Positions 13,527 to 24,271 of a stretch of 64,000 nt of DNA are shown one piece after another. A program made the translations under genes and the position numbers. This DNA comes from Geosiphon pyriformis uo1 (lineage: Eukaryota > Fungi > Glomeromycota): positions 124,001 to 188,000 of the forward strand of contig JAAOMT010000607.1 of assembly GCA_016748015.1 (NCBI GenBank), given 5' to 3'. The notes under the pieces are model-generated. The model worked only from the letters and a program-made list of their open reading frames with translations. It did not search any database and had not been told where the DNA came from. Position 1 is the first letter of the stretch, and each line of letters begins with the position of its first letter.

Positions 13527-14149
13527 TACGTTTGATTAGAAATATAACAGTTTTTATGTACTATTTTAGTTATCAGCGAAGTTTTTTCCAATTTCTTGTC
13601 AAGTTTTATTTATTAATAAATATATTTTTGTTTCTATTTTTTTAAAAAACAAACTACAAATAGCTTATTAATATGAAAATATTTATAAAAAGATTTAAGC
13701 GTTCAAAATCTTTTGTTATAATTATGTAAAAATAAAAAAGTATTTAATTTAAGAAATGTTTATTAATAACTTTGTATTGTTTAAAAATAATCTTAAATTT
13801 TCTTTTCACATGCCTAAATGTCAGTTCTTATGCAAGTTATAAATAATATAAGGCACATAAAAAGGAAAATATTTATTAATGCGTTAAATTTACCAAATTT
13901 AGTTTTAATTCCTGGTATTTGTCATATAGTATTCACAATGAGGTAAAAATCTAGTAATTCTTCGTTTTTGTTATTAAAAAATGGACATGAATAGAAAATT
14001 TGGACTGGCACACCGAGAAATTACAAATAATGAATATGTTATCTCATCAATATTTTTTAAAAAGTTGTTTTTAAATTTCACGACAGTGTGAACAAATAGT
14101 AAAACCTGCGATAGATTAGGTAGATTGGGTAACCTGCGATAAATAGACA

Positions 14150-14469
14150 TTTTTTATGAGCAACGGCCCCTTTTGAGGGCAGACCCAATTGAAGGTACTG
14201 TAAAGTCGACCAAACAACTTTGAATGGAAAATTCAAACGAGTAATACTTTTATTATTGAGACAGGTAAGCTTAAAAATAGAGGTCCTTCTTTATTACATT
14301 TAGCAATCAGTTTTTAAGAACAACGGCACCTTTTGAGAGCAGACCCAATTGAAAGTACTGTAAAGTTGACCAAACTAAGTGACACAACTTTGAATGGAAA
14401 ATTCAAACAAGTAATACTGTTATTATTGAAACAGGTAAGCTTAAAAATAGATATCCTTCTTTATTACAT
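14150..14469. repeat. Tandem duplication (~160 bp x2) in the 3' non-coding part of the MULE
   Basis: caacggc..ttttgag.gcagacccaattgaa.gtactgtaaagt...caggtaagcttaaaaataga...ccttctttattacat occurs at ~14161-14299 and ~14321-14469. Confidence 0.9.
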
Positions 14470-14497
14470 ATAACGATCAGTTTTTATTGTAAAAAAC

Positions 14498-17400
14498 TTA
14501 AATCTTTCCATAGATGACAAAATCCATTGTATAACCACTTTTGGGAGGAGGACGCGAACTTCCAATTGCCATCGCCCTTGCTTTGTAAGTTTTTTGCAAC
14601 CCATCGTATTGATACCAGCCAGAATTTTTAACATTTTCGAAACGAACATCGGCAATATGATGGATGTCGTTACAAAAAGAAACTCCCATCAGGCGATATC
14701 TATATTAAAAAATTAATAAATAAATACAGTAAGTGATAAACTTAATTCAAATTTACCTTTGTTTTGTAATTTGATTTCCTTTAGGAAAATTGATTTCTTC
14801 TGGTAAATCTTTGTTCTGAAGAGACGTCTTTTCATTAATAGTGCTAATTCCCGTAACATTGATGACAAGGATCAGAGGCAGTCGCTGGTCGATTTGTCTT
14901 TTTGATACGGTATCACCTGTGCATCGGTAAAAATACCTAAGAAAAGGTTAGAATGCAAAGCGAAAAAGAGGAAAAAATATAGACACTTTACTCAAGCTTC
15001 CCAGTCTCCAATGATACACATTTTTCAGTCATATAAGCATTTGTAGGAACGTTTTTTGGAGCCTCTCCGTTTGTCGATTTGAATTCTAATCCGCATGCAA
15101 TAACATAAGGATTTTGCCAGTGTTCAAGGCAAGACTCGAAATAATCATTTCCTGATAATACCGGAACCTGCGGTTTTCTACAAATTAAATTATGTGCATT
15201 AATATAAATATATCGACTGTAGCAAAATGAAAAAAATAAGCAAAAATGTCGCGTAAAATAAAAGATATATATGAACTTACATTAGGGTAATATCGAAACA
15301 CTTCACTGGGAATATGACTTTCTTTGGGCAGTTGTCAGAGCTGCACGTGGTCGTTATTGTACTTTTGACAACAAGATTCTGGTCCAAGGAGTCATGAAAA
15401 AACTGTTCAAAAAATCGTTCCGAAAGCCCTCCGAATAAATCCAACTCTTCTTCTTTCATTAAATTCGCATATGACGGTTAATTCGCAATCCAAAGAATCT
15501 TGGCTTCAAACCATCGTTTCTGTTTCATGAGCTCAAAAACGCGAAGACGATTTGTTTGCGAAGTTGGTTCAATTTCAGCGAAAGAAACGGCTTGTTTATA
15601 GATATTTTGGTTGTCGAAGGCGCTTTGAATTAAGGTTAGACTTGTATCCACTGGACACGTGGAAATCAAGCGCAACCCTCCTTGATTTCCACCATATGGC
15701 ATCGTATGAACAATCGAATTGCCATAAGAGTCTTTGTCTACTGGAGCTGACTGCATAGAGACGACTTGCTTCTTCAATTATTAAGTTATAAATTTATTAT
15801 TGGAGAAGAAAGATCATAAAAAAAGCAGTCATATTACCTTCGATTTTTTTTTGATGGCTCATCAGCATATCCAATAATATCAGCTAATTGAAGAGTGTGT
15901 TGCTCAGTATTACCATCTTCAAAGGTAATATCTACAATTATTTTGCCATCGCCAATAATCTCAGCGATCTGTGCTTTGTAATAAGGTCTATCTAAAACTG
16001 TATCCTGAAGCTGAATGGATTCTTGTGGTATTAATCGGGTTTTTCTTTTATTTTTAGGACCTCTCTTTTGGGGTAATCTAAGCTCGTTTTCAGCGCGGCC
16101 ATTAGCATCCCTCTGACGAAGATAAGACTCAAGAGAACTGGTTGTAGATGATTCGGCGGCAGACCTACGTAGAAAAGACAGATTATTATATAGACTGTAT
16201 AAAATAAAATAAAATAAAATATTACCTTTGCAATTTATATCTGTAAGAGAAAATGATATATCAATATTATTATTAATAAACTAACGAGATATTTACTTTT
16301 GAAACGTAGATTCACTAAAAGTAAAAGTAAACCATTAGTATATATATAAAATTAAACCAAATTAATAGAAGCTTTACCTCTCTATCTTAGATTCTTTAAT
16401 GAATAGACGAACAACTACAAGACATTAAAACTGCATGGACAAGCAAACTTTCCATTTCTACATGTAACATATAATGGTTTTATCCATTGTTTGAAGCAAT
16501 CTTTGTTAATTGCTTCAGGAATCTCTGATTCTAAATTCTCACTATTAAAGTGTTGAAAAGTAACATTCATGCTAGTAAACCGGATAACACTCCAGGTACA
16601 CTGATCAATTTCTAAAAGCGATATTAATTATGAATTGTTTTTAAGGGAAAAGATTGCACATAATGATTATTTACCTTGTACCAAATTTTTTTATATAACA
16701 GTTCTCCTTGTTGATTCATTTTTTCTTTTTCTCGTTCTAACTTTGATTTTGTTGGATTTTTGCCTTCTCCTTGCCAAAACCTTATAAAAAAGAACTTAAT
16801 ATCGTTTTTACAAAATTTCTTCTTGCGTTTTACCTTTCCATTTCTCCGGCATCAACACGCATTGACGTAGTAATTTTTTCAAGATTTGAATGTAGAGATT
16901 TGGTGTATCTTCCCCGATAATGTAGTATCATATCCTTTTTAAAATAACTCTCTACTAACATATTTGTTTTCATAGGACAATCAATACGCTTATAATCTGG
17001 CCAAGTATCTAGAGTATTAGGGTATTAATATGAAATATAAGTTATAAAATCAAATTATTTTTCACTAACCGATCCATTGGCTGAACCAATGTAATCGAAA
17101 ATAGGTCGTAATAGCTTTTGCGATAGCTAAATTTCTAATCCCAATAGCAGCTTGGAATTTTTGCGAGTCTAAGAGAGTAAGTTTCCGTTGATCGAATTCT
17201 TATTGATCTCGAGATCGTTTGACAAATCGAAATTGGTAAAATGTCCGATCTCTAAGCCATTGATCATTCAAGTTTTTTGCAAACCATTCTTTGAGCGCAT
17301 CAGCTATAAAATGATAATATTATAAGATTAAAATATAAAACCCAATAAATCTTTAAAACCTCACCTTCATGCCAATCACACAAGACTACTTGAGTTTTTG

Positions 17401-18803
17401 GAAAATGTTTCTTGGCTGCTACTAAATAAGAATCCCATTTATCCATAGCTAACCACTTGGGATTTGATTGAATATTGCTCTTACGACTATATTCAATAAA
17501 CTTTTAATAGAAAGAATTATTGTACAATTTATAAATTGAAAATTTCAATCGAACAAAAATTATTATACAACTTACTTGCTCAAACATTAAATCAATAACT
17601 GGTAATGTTTCTTTATCACTTATAAATGTTGCTAAAACTCGACCACGTGGTTCATCTGATCTAACCATAAAGACAGTATTGGAGAAGTTTAAGCTGTTGC
17701 GACGGCTAGTAGAATCTAGAGACAAAAAATCTGGATATTTGTATAATAGATTTTGACATGACTGTAGATGCAACACCAAGAAGTACAGCTTGATCCTTAG
17801 AATTCTGAGCATCCTTAATTCCATATTGTTTTGATATGACGACCCCTTCAGCCTCATAAGTATCCATTAGGGAACGAACCTGTTAATAAAGTGAATTAAT
17901 ATGATAATATATAAAAAAGTGAATGTAACCAATTTCTTACTTTTTCAAATTCTAACACATTTGGATAACGTAACTTTTTGTCGTACTTGAGAGCATTTTG
18001 AATTGTCTCAAGATTAGGTGCAAATCGAGCAGAAATTGGTTGAACTTGATTTGCAAATCTATTACTTGTGCTCAAAATCTTCGCATTATTCATTAATCTA
18101 AAAATAATTAATATTAATAAAATTCAATTACTTTTTCGAATTTATACTTAAACTTACCAGTTGCAATCATTGAAGGTGATGCATTTGTAGTTTTATTTGA
18201 GATGGTTTTTCTAATTGAGTTGGCCATTCGGTGTGGTTTTTTTCAGATGTGATCAGGATCATGATTTCCATAGCACACAATATTGCATAGATTGAGTGGC
18301 TTGTCATGAGGAACTGCAATACGACCCTTCCAATTACATTTAGTTTTATGACACCCATTCTATAAATAAAGATAAAGTTAATACTTTTTAATTTTGATTA
18401 GAAATTATTCTTTATTTTATACCCTATTGGAACATCCAAGATATTCTACGTATGCCAACTTTGAATTTGAATTTTTGTTTGCATCTTCATTTACAAGTGT
18501 AATGGCTTTTACATCTCCTTCACGTACCTTAATATTCAATAAAATAATATTATATATACAGAAGTATAATTCATATAAATAACAATCTCTTACCCGCTTC
18601 TTATGTATACAGTCATGATCTAGAATTTTATAGCCGTTACAAAGACTACCACCTCCTAGGGATACCGTATCAAACATATATAAGTCTAACACTGAGGGTA
18701 CTTCTATAAGTGGCACTTGTATGCATCGAATAGTTGACAATAATGGGCGCCAAATGGCCTTTTTTGTTTCAATAGAGCTAGTAGACAAAGCATAATCGCC
18801 CAT
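14498..18803 (-). pseudogene. Multi-exon MULE transposase fused to Tudor-like and USP/C19-like protease domains, lightly inactivated
   Basis: Spliced order: Zn finger YLGC..GCHKTKCNWKGRI..GNHDPDH; DDE core LSLDST (~17715), LAMDKWD (~17445), LCDWH (~17375), TNMLVESYF (~16950); SWIM-like YYVTCRNGKFACPC (~16450); basic motif KRGPKNKKK; beta-rich YYKAQIAEI..VDITFEDG; Cys box LISTCPVDTSL (~15656); LPLILVINV; His box YRLMGVSFC..HHIADV..WYQYDGL; stop at 14498. A few premature stops (~18245, ~17200, 15478) and at least one frameshift (~17755). Confidence 0.8.
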
Positions 18804-19349
18804 TAGTGATAATGTTATGGTAGTAAAGATAATGTACCTTTACCTTCTTTACACATTTTATATATTTCATTTTCTCACTTGATACGATCACGGGGTTTAC
18901 AGGTTTTTACCCTATTGCAATCTATCGCAGGTTTTACATTAGATGGCTGATCATCGCAGGTTTTACTATTAAAAATATATATCTGATTATTTTTTTTCTA
19001 TTTAAAAGGTATTAGAGTTTTTAAATAAACTGAAAATTTTTTTTTGGTTTGATACTTTAATATATGCTTTACAATAGACTTTAAAATTACTTTAATTGAT
19101 TTTTTTTTTGTTTTAATAATATATTAGTTTAATAATATGAATAGTAACAGCATTAATAATATTTTTTTAAAAAAAAACATATGAATATAAAATATTATTG
19201 GTTGAAATATTGTAAACATAAATATTAAATAATGTTCTAATATGTTTATGTTTAACATAAATTACATAAAAACTGTTTAATAATAATTTAATGTTTAAAC
19301 AAATAATAAACATAAATATTAAACAATATTTTAATATATCTTTTATCTT

Positions 19350-21630
19350 AATTAAAAAATGCTCTTTGTCTTCTTAATTTTATTACCACAACTAGAGCAA
19401 AGAGTAAAAAAGCTGCATCTAATATTTTTTCTGAGATATTTAATAAGATTTCAACCAAAAAAGCTCTCTCTGTTGTAGAAGCAACTAGATAGAACATTTT
19501 AGAAGCCTTCTTTTTATTCAGTAATCATAAAAAGCTGTCTTTGATAACTACTAAAGCAACTTCTTCATCTTTGGCTGGTTTTTTATCAGTCAAAATTTTC
19601 TTAAAGAAACACACATAGGTTAACCTTAGTGTTGCCTTTATCCCAACTAAAAGCCCAAAAGTTTTTAATAATAGACTAGTAAACAAGCTGGTCTTCCTCT
19701 TTTTAGCTTTAACATCTGGTGTTGCTAATACTATATCTTTAAAAAAAAATGATCAAAAAGACCAAAAGTTCAGAAAAGTAGGAGCAGTCATTTGTCTTTG
19801 CTATTGTTATACTAAACTCTTTTGTGGTTTTTAATGAGATTTTAGATAAGATCTCTATAGTATCATCTGGTATGTTATCTAAGATAGGCCATAATCAATT
19901 ACTGGCTGTATTGCCAAATTTGGTGCCTTTCAGCAGATCATTATTGGTTTTAGAAACAAATCAATTTTTTCCTGTTGGATCATCTGTTCTTGAGAACTGG
20001 GCTGACCAAATGGAAACTGAATCATTCTCTTCTCTAGTTTCTGGTGCTGCTTCTGGTAGTGCTTGAGAAACTATTATTAGTTGTCAAAAATTTGCTGGGT
20101 GGATGGTCTCTACTTTGGTGCTTAGTGTTATTTTCAAAATCAAATTGGCTTATGTTAAGGCTGCTTTCCAGTCTGTACATGGTTTTTTGGGTGCTAAGTC
20201 TGTTTCAAAAGACAATGTAAAGCTTTTTTATATAGAGTTTGTTTCTTAAAACTCTTTGGATGCTGTATTTTTGGTTGAGCTTACAGGTTCTATTTGTCTT
20301 ATCACTCTTAAAATTGCCAAGTCTTTGGTGGTTTCTGAGTTTGACTCCCTTTTTGCTGCTATTGCATTATGTGATGTGTCTTTAAGTGTATCTATTGTTA
20401 ATATTAAGTCAATTCTTAGTGTCTTTAATAAAGTTTCTTGTATTTAGATAAGACTTGCTGGTATTTGATAATATGTTGTTGTCTATTTTAAGAACTTGAA
20501 TACTGTTATATCTGCTCTTAATCACTAGTTAGTTTTGGTGGGCAAAGATAATGTTCAGATCCTTCTCTTTGTAAATTAACAGAAAATAATTGTGTCTTAT
20601 AATAGGTTCAAGGCCAAGTTGGTCAACTTTTCTCCTGGTTGTACTGCCTTTGAAATCAGTAATATGATTTTTTAGATTAATGGTTGGACTTGTTTTATTT
20701 CTTAGTTTCTTGATTCTGATTATTGTTTCTACTTTGCTCTAGTTATATTTAGTTTCTAAGCTAATTTGAATCTTGCTGTTGCCAAAACTGTTACACTAAG
20801 AAAGTGTTGTATCTGATAGGAAACTCCTGGTTGTTGGTGTTGTTTTCAGTATCAAGAAATAGATTACTTGGCTGTGGACTGTAAAATTGTTTTACTTCTC
20901 TTTTCTAAGGCTCCCAAGATATTTAAACCATATTTTGTCAATTTTTTGTTTTATGCAAAGACATCTGTTTCTCCTGTTATGTCTGAATTTCCTTTTTTGG
21001 TGGCTTCTGTTTCTTTTATAACTGTTGTTAATCCTTTAATATCTTCTTAGTTAGCTGATCTAAAATCTGAATTGGTCAAGTTTTCTGTTTTGGTTAATTC
21101 TATTGTTAAGTCTGTTGGTTTTATGGTCAAAGTTTTTGAACAATTTGTTAATAGTAATCTGGTTTTGAATATTGTTCTTGGTCTTAAGGTCAATGAAGTT
21201 TTGGTTTACATAAGTATCTTTAGTAAAGCTATTGATAAGTTGAAATGAGAAATGGTTGCTCTGAAAATTAAGTATGGCTTTGAGTCAGGTCCCCATGTGG
21301 GTTTGTTATCTTTTAATGTTGATATGTTTTCTAATTTGATATTTTTTTGAGAACACAAATCTGTTGCTATAAAAGCTAATGTCTATAAAACAGCTGAGTG
21401 ATTAGTTGAAATAATTGCTAATAGTGCTACATTATTTAAGATTATTCAAAAGATGTCTTTTTTGGATAAGTTTTCTTTTGATGCATTAATGTAGTATAGC
21501 CTAAATTGGCTTAAGTAACTGGTTATATATAGTAAGTACATGAATCATATTTAGCTCTGAATCACTTAGTTTGATCTTAATTTCTAAATGGTGGTTGGGC
21601 CATATTTGTTAAATTCATAATAAAAAAAAA
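19350..21630 (+). mobile_element. ORF1-only (half-LINE-like) non-LTR retroelement, pseudogenised
   Basis: One ~700-codon frame with stops: Ser-rich N-terminus, RRM-like segments (KLFYIEFVS..LDAV; YVVVYFKNL; FKAKLVNFSPGCTAFEI), a decayed CCHC knuckle (CF..QE..LAVDC) and a coiled-coil-like C-terminus. The stop at ~21494 is followed directly by the ~130-bp shared LINE tail and poly(A); no ORF2. Confidence 0.75.
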
Positions 21631-21639
21631 TTTTTTAAT

Positions 21640-22282
21640 ATATTTATATTTATTATATATAATATAAACATCTTTTTTATAAAAAAATTGAGTTTTTTGA
21701 TCATTGTTTTTCATATAAAATGAATTTTAATATTGTTAAAATTACATATTGTTTTGTAAAATCTGTATTAGATTTATATTTATAATTATTATATGTTTTA
21801 TAGTTGTTGTTTTTTGTATATATTTAATAATATATTATATATTACTTTAAACAAAAATATTATTTTTAAAAAATAATACTTAAAATTTTTGTCTGTTTTA
21901 AATAATACTAAAATTATTATAAATAAAATTATAGATTTTATATATAGTTTAGATATAGCTTATTATAATAAAATATGATTAATTTAATAATAGTTCTATG
22001 TTTTTAATTGTTATTTTTGCTTTTTAATAGTATTGTAAAATTGCTTAAGATTATTAAAAAGTTTGGTATTTATTTTGATTTACATAAATTGTATATATTT
22101 TTCTTTAGTATTAATAAAAATTTTTTTGTTAAAATAGATCTGTAATATTATTTTAATTAATCTAAATAACTAGTTATATATAAAAAGTATATAATTTATA
22201 TCTAGTTTAAACTATTTAGTTTAATGTATTATGTTAAGTAATATTTAGATTTTATTTAATAATAATAATAATAATAATAAAA
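21640..22282 (+). mobile_element. 5'-truncated decayed LINE 3' end with (AAT)n tail
   Basis: Relic C-terminus KKFGIYFDLHKLYIFFFSI..VKIDL* resembles the ORF2 end of the adjacent - strand LINE. It is followed by the shared tail (aactagttatatataaaaagta) and AAT repeats at 22258-22280. Confidence 0.55.
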
Positions 22283-22389
22283 CATTTTTGGTAATATTAG
22301 CTACAATAAAATAATTTTTGTTTTTTATTTAATAATTTTTAATTTATTTATATTTATATAATTTAATTTTTCAATTTTTTTTAATTATT

Positions 22390-23411
22390 ATTTTTTTTTT
22401 TACAAGATTTATTGAGTAAAATTTAATTGCTATCTAGTATATAAAACCAAATTAAGTGGCTTAAACTAAACATAACTTATACTCTTACTATATATAACTA
22501 GCTATTTAAACCAAATAAAACAACACTATATACTAATATTAATACATACATTATTACTTAAACCAAAAAAAAAAGACATGATTTATGTTTACCAAAACTA
22601 ACTGTAAAAGACTTAATAATATCAAGCAACTGAATTATACTATCTAATAGCACTGATCTTATACTACAAGACAACTTTAATATTAAACTACCATTTTTAA
22701 TCAATCTAGTCTTCTCTATATTTACCTTATAACTGGATTTTATTAATTACTTTTTAATATAGTGTGATTTTATTAAACATCTTATATACTTAATAACAGT
22801 AAAAGCAGCTTTTTTTTTCTATTAAAAATTTTAATAGTTTTTAAATACCAATTTCTTATTATAAACCCTTTATAAACTATTGTATAGAGGTTCACATCTA
22901 AGAAACACCTAGAAAGTGTTCACAAAACAACAAAAAAAGACAAATTATAAGCATTTGCCAAAGCAACCTATTGTATAAAAGTCTTAACCAAAATTTTATT
23001 CTAAATACTAACATCTTAAACACAAATAAACACATAATCTGATAATTCTACTTTATCACATAGCAAATACAGTATACCAGGATATTTTTTATTATATAAT
23101 CTCTTTCTAATTATTACTGACAACTGTTTATATACAGTTTTTATTATGTATATATACAAATTAACAGATTTTCTACTAGTAAATTCAGAAAACATGTGTA
23201 AATTAAGATGTCAAACCTTTATATTAGTCATTCAATCTACTTTTTTAATTAATTTACTTAGAATTATATCATAGTCAAAGTTATTTTTCTATTAAACTTA
23301 ACAAATAGATCTAAATAAATTCCAAACAAAATAACATATATTATCAGATACAACTGTGTTTTTAGTCATTAAAAAACATTTCTGTACTCTTTTTAATAAA
23401 GAAAAAGGTGA
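22390..23411 (-). mobile_element. LINE (RNase H-containing), 3' segment: ORF2 C-terminal Zn-finger region, 3' UTR and poly(A)
   Basis: The - strand reads SPFSLLKRVQKCFL...RKRLYNKKYPGILYLLCDKVELSDYVFIC (decayed CCHC)...NVCINISI*, then the tail and poly(A) (T-run at ~22390-22401). The frame continues at 34271 across the element A TSD. Confidence 0.8.
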
Positions 23412-24252
23412 TGTTACTTATAAAAAAATAGTAGACCAATAAGCGAGTAGTAGTTAGCACATGAGCATATTGCTCAGCAATGTGGAACAATGTTAAAAAT
23501 CATGGCACATTGCTCAGCAATATAGAGCAATGTCAGAAATCATGGCACATTACTCAGCAATATGGAACAATGTTAAAAAGATATGACATATTGCTCAGCA
23601 ATGTGAGCATTGCTTGGAAAATTATAGCACATTGCTCAAGAATGTGAGCAATCTTATAGAACCCAAATTATGTATATATAGCAATAGTGCTAGAAATAGA
23701 AAGAACAGAATTCATCAGTTAAAAACCTTTCACATTACAAATATCAATAAATAATTATTCATTATCTCAATTCACTTTCCACTATTAACATTTCATGTTG
23801 ATAGTAATTGATACTTAACCCCACTGGAACAATAGCTCTTGATTACAGCTATTGACAGAATACTAATTTGTGTATTGCCTTGGCTCATTTTTTTATTTTT
23901 TTTCTTTTATTTTTTTTTTTCTTTGATTTTATTATTGTGTACTAATCAATTGAGAATTAAAGCACTGAGACACAGACATTATAGTGACTGGTAAAAAACC
24001 TGTGAAACAAGGGTAGAACACTCATAGATTTGAGGATAGCTTACCAGGAGGATTACCAGTCACCACGCTGAGAAAAAAATTTGATGAAACTGCGGTTTTA
24101 GAAAGCTATAGATAAAACCATCAATTAAATTTCTGTCCATTATACAAAGAACTCTACAACAAAACCTTCAGATATCAACACCAGAATACCAACCAAGCAC
24201 CACATTACAGATTTGTTATTTGATTTGAGACCCCAAATAATTATCTGTAACA
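23412..24252 (+). repeat. 5' LTR of element A
   Basis: TGTTAC start and TGTAACA end; colinear with 33426-34270. U3 has ~39-bp tandem units containing ATTGCTCAGCAAT; TATA-like atgtatatatag at ~23670. Confidence 0.93.
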
Positions 24253-24254
24253 TT

Positions 24255-24271
24255 TGGTGCTCCCTGTGAGG
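24255..24271 (+). promoter_or_regulatory. Primer binding site TGGTGCTCCCTGTGAGG
   Basis: Lies 2 nt after the LTR terminal CA and starts TGG. Identical at 52808; decayed copies at 36317, 43204 and 63072. Confidence 0.9.

Larger units (their letters stand above)
14095..18970 (-). mobile_element. Mutator-like (MULE) DNA transposon with short TIRs
   Basis: Perfect 18-bp TIR AATAGTAAAACCTGCGAT at 14095-14112 and 18953-18970. The core AACCTGCGAT is repeated subterminally (14131 and ~18924). The TIRs enclose one multi-exon transposase gene. No TSD is visible. Confidence 0.85.

Noticed and set aside
14070-14090. CACTGTCGTG on the - strand as a CACTA/Transib-like terminus next to the MULE
   Set aside because: No matching second terminus or transposase relic was found.
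23455-23655. Regularly spaced palindromic repeats resembling a CRISPR array (also 33470-33670 and 29265-29398)
   Set aside because: The units are tandem with no unique spacers, lie inside LTR U3 regions duplicated at both element ends, and there are no cas genes; the context is eukaryotic.
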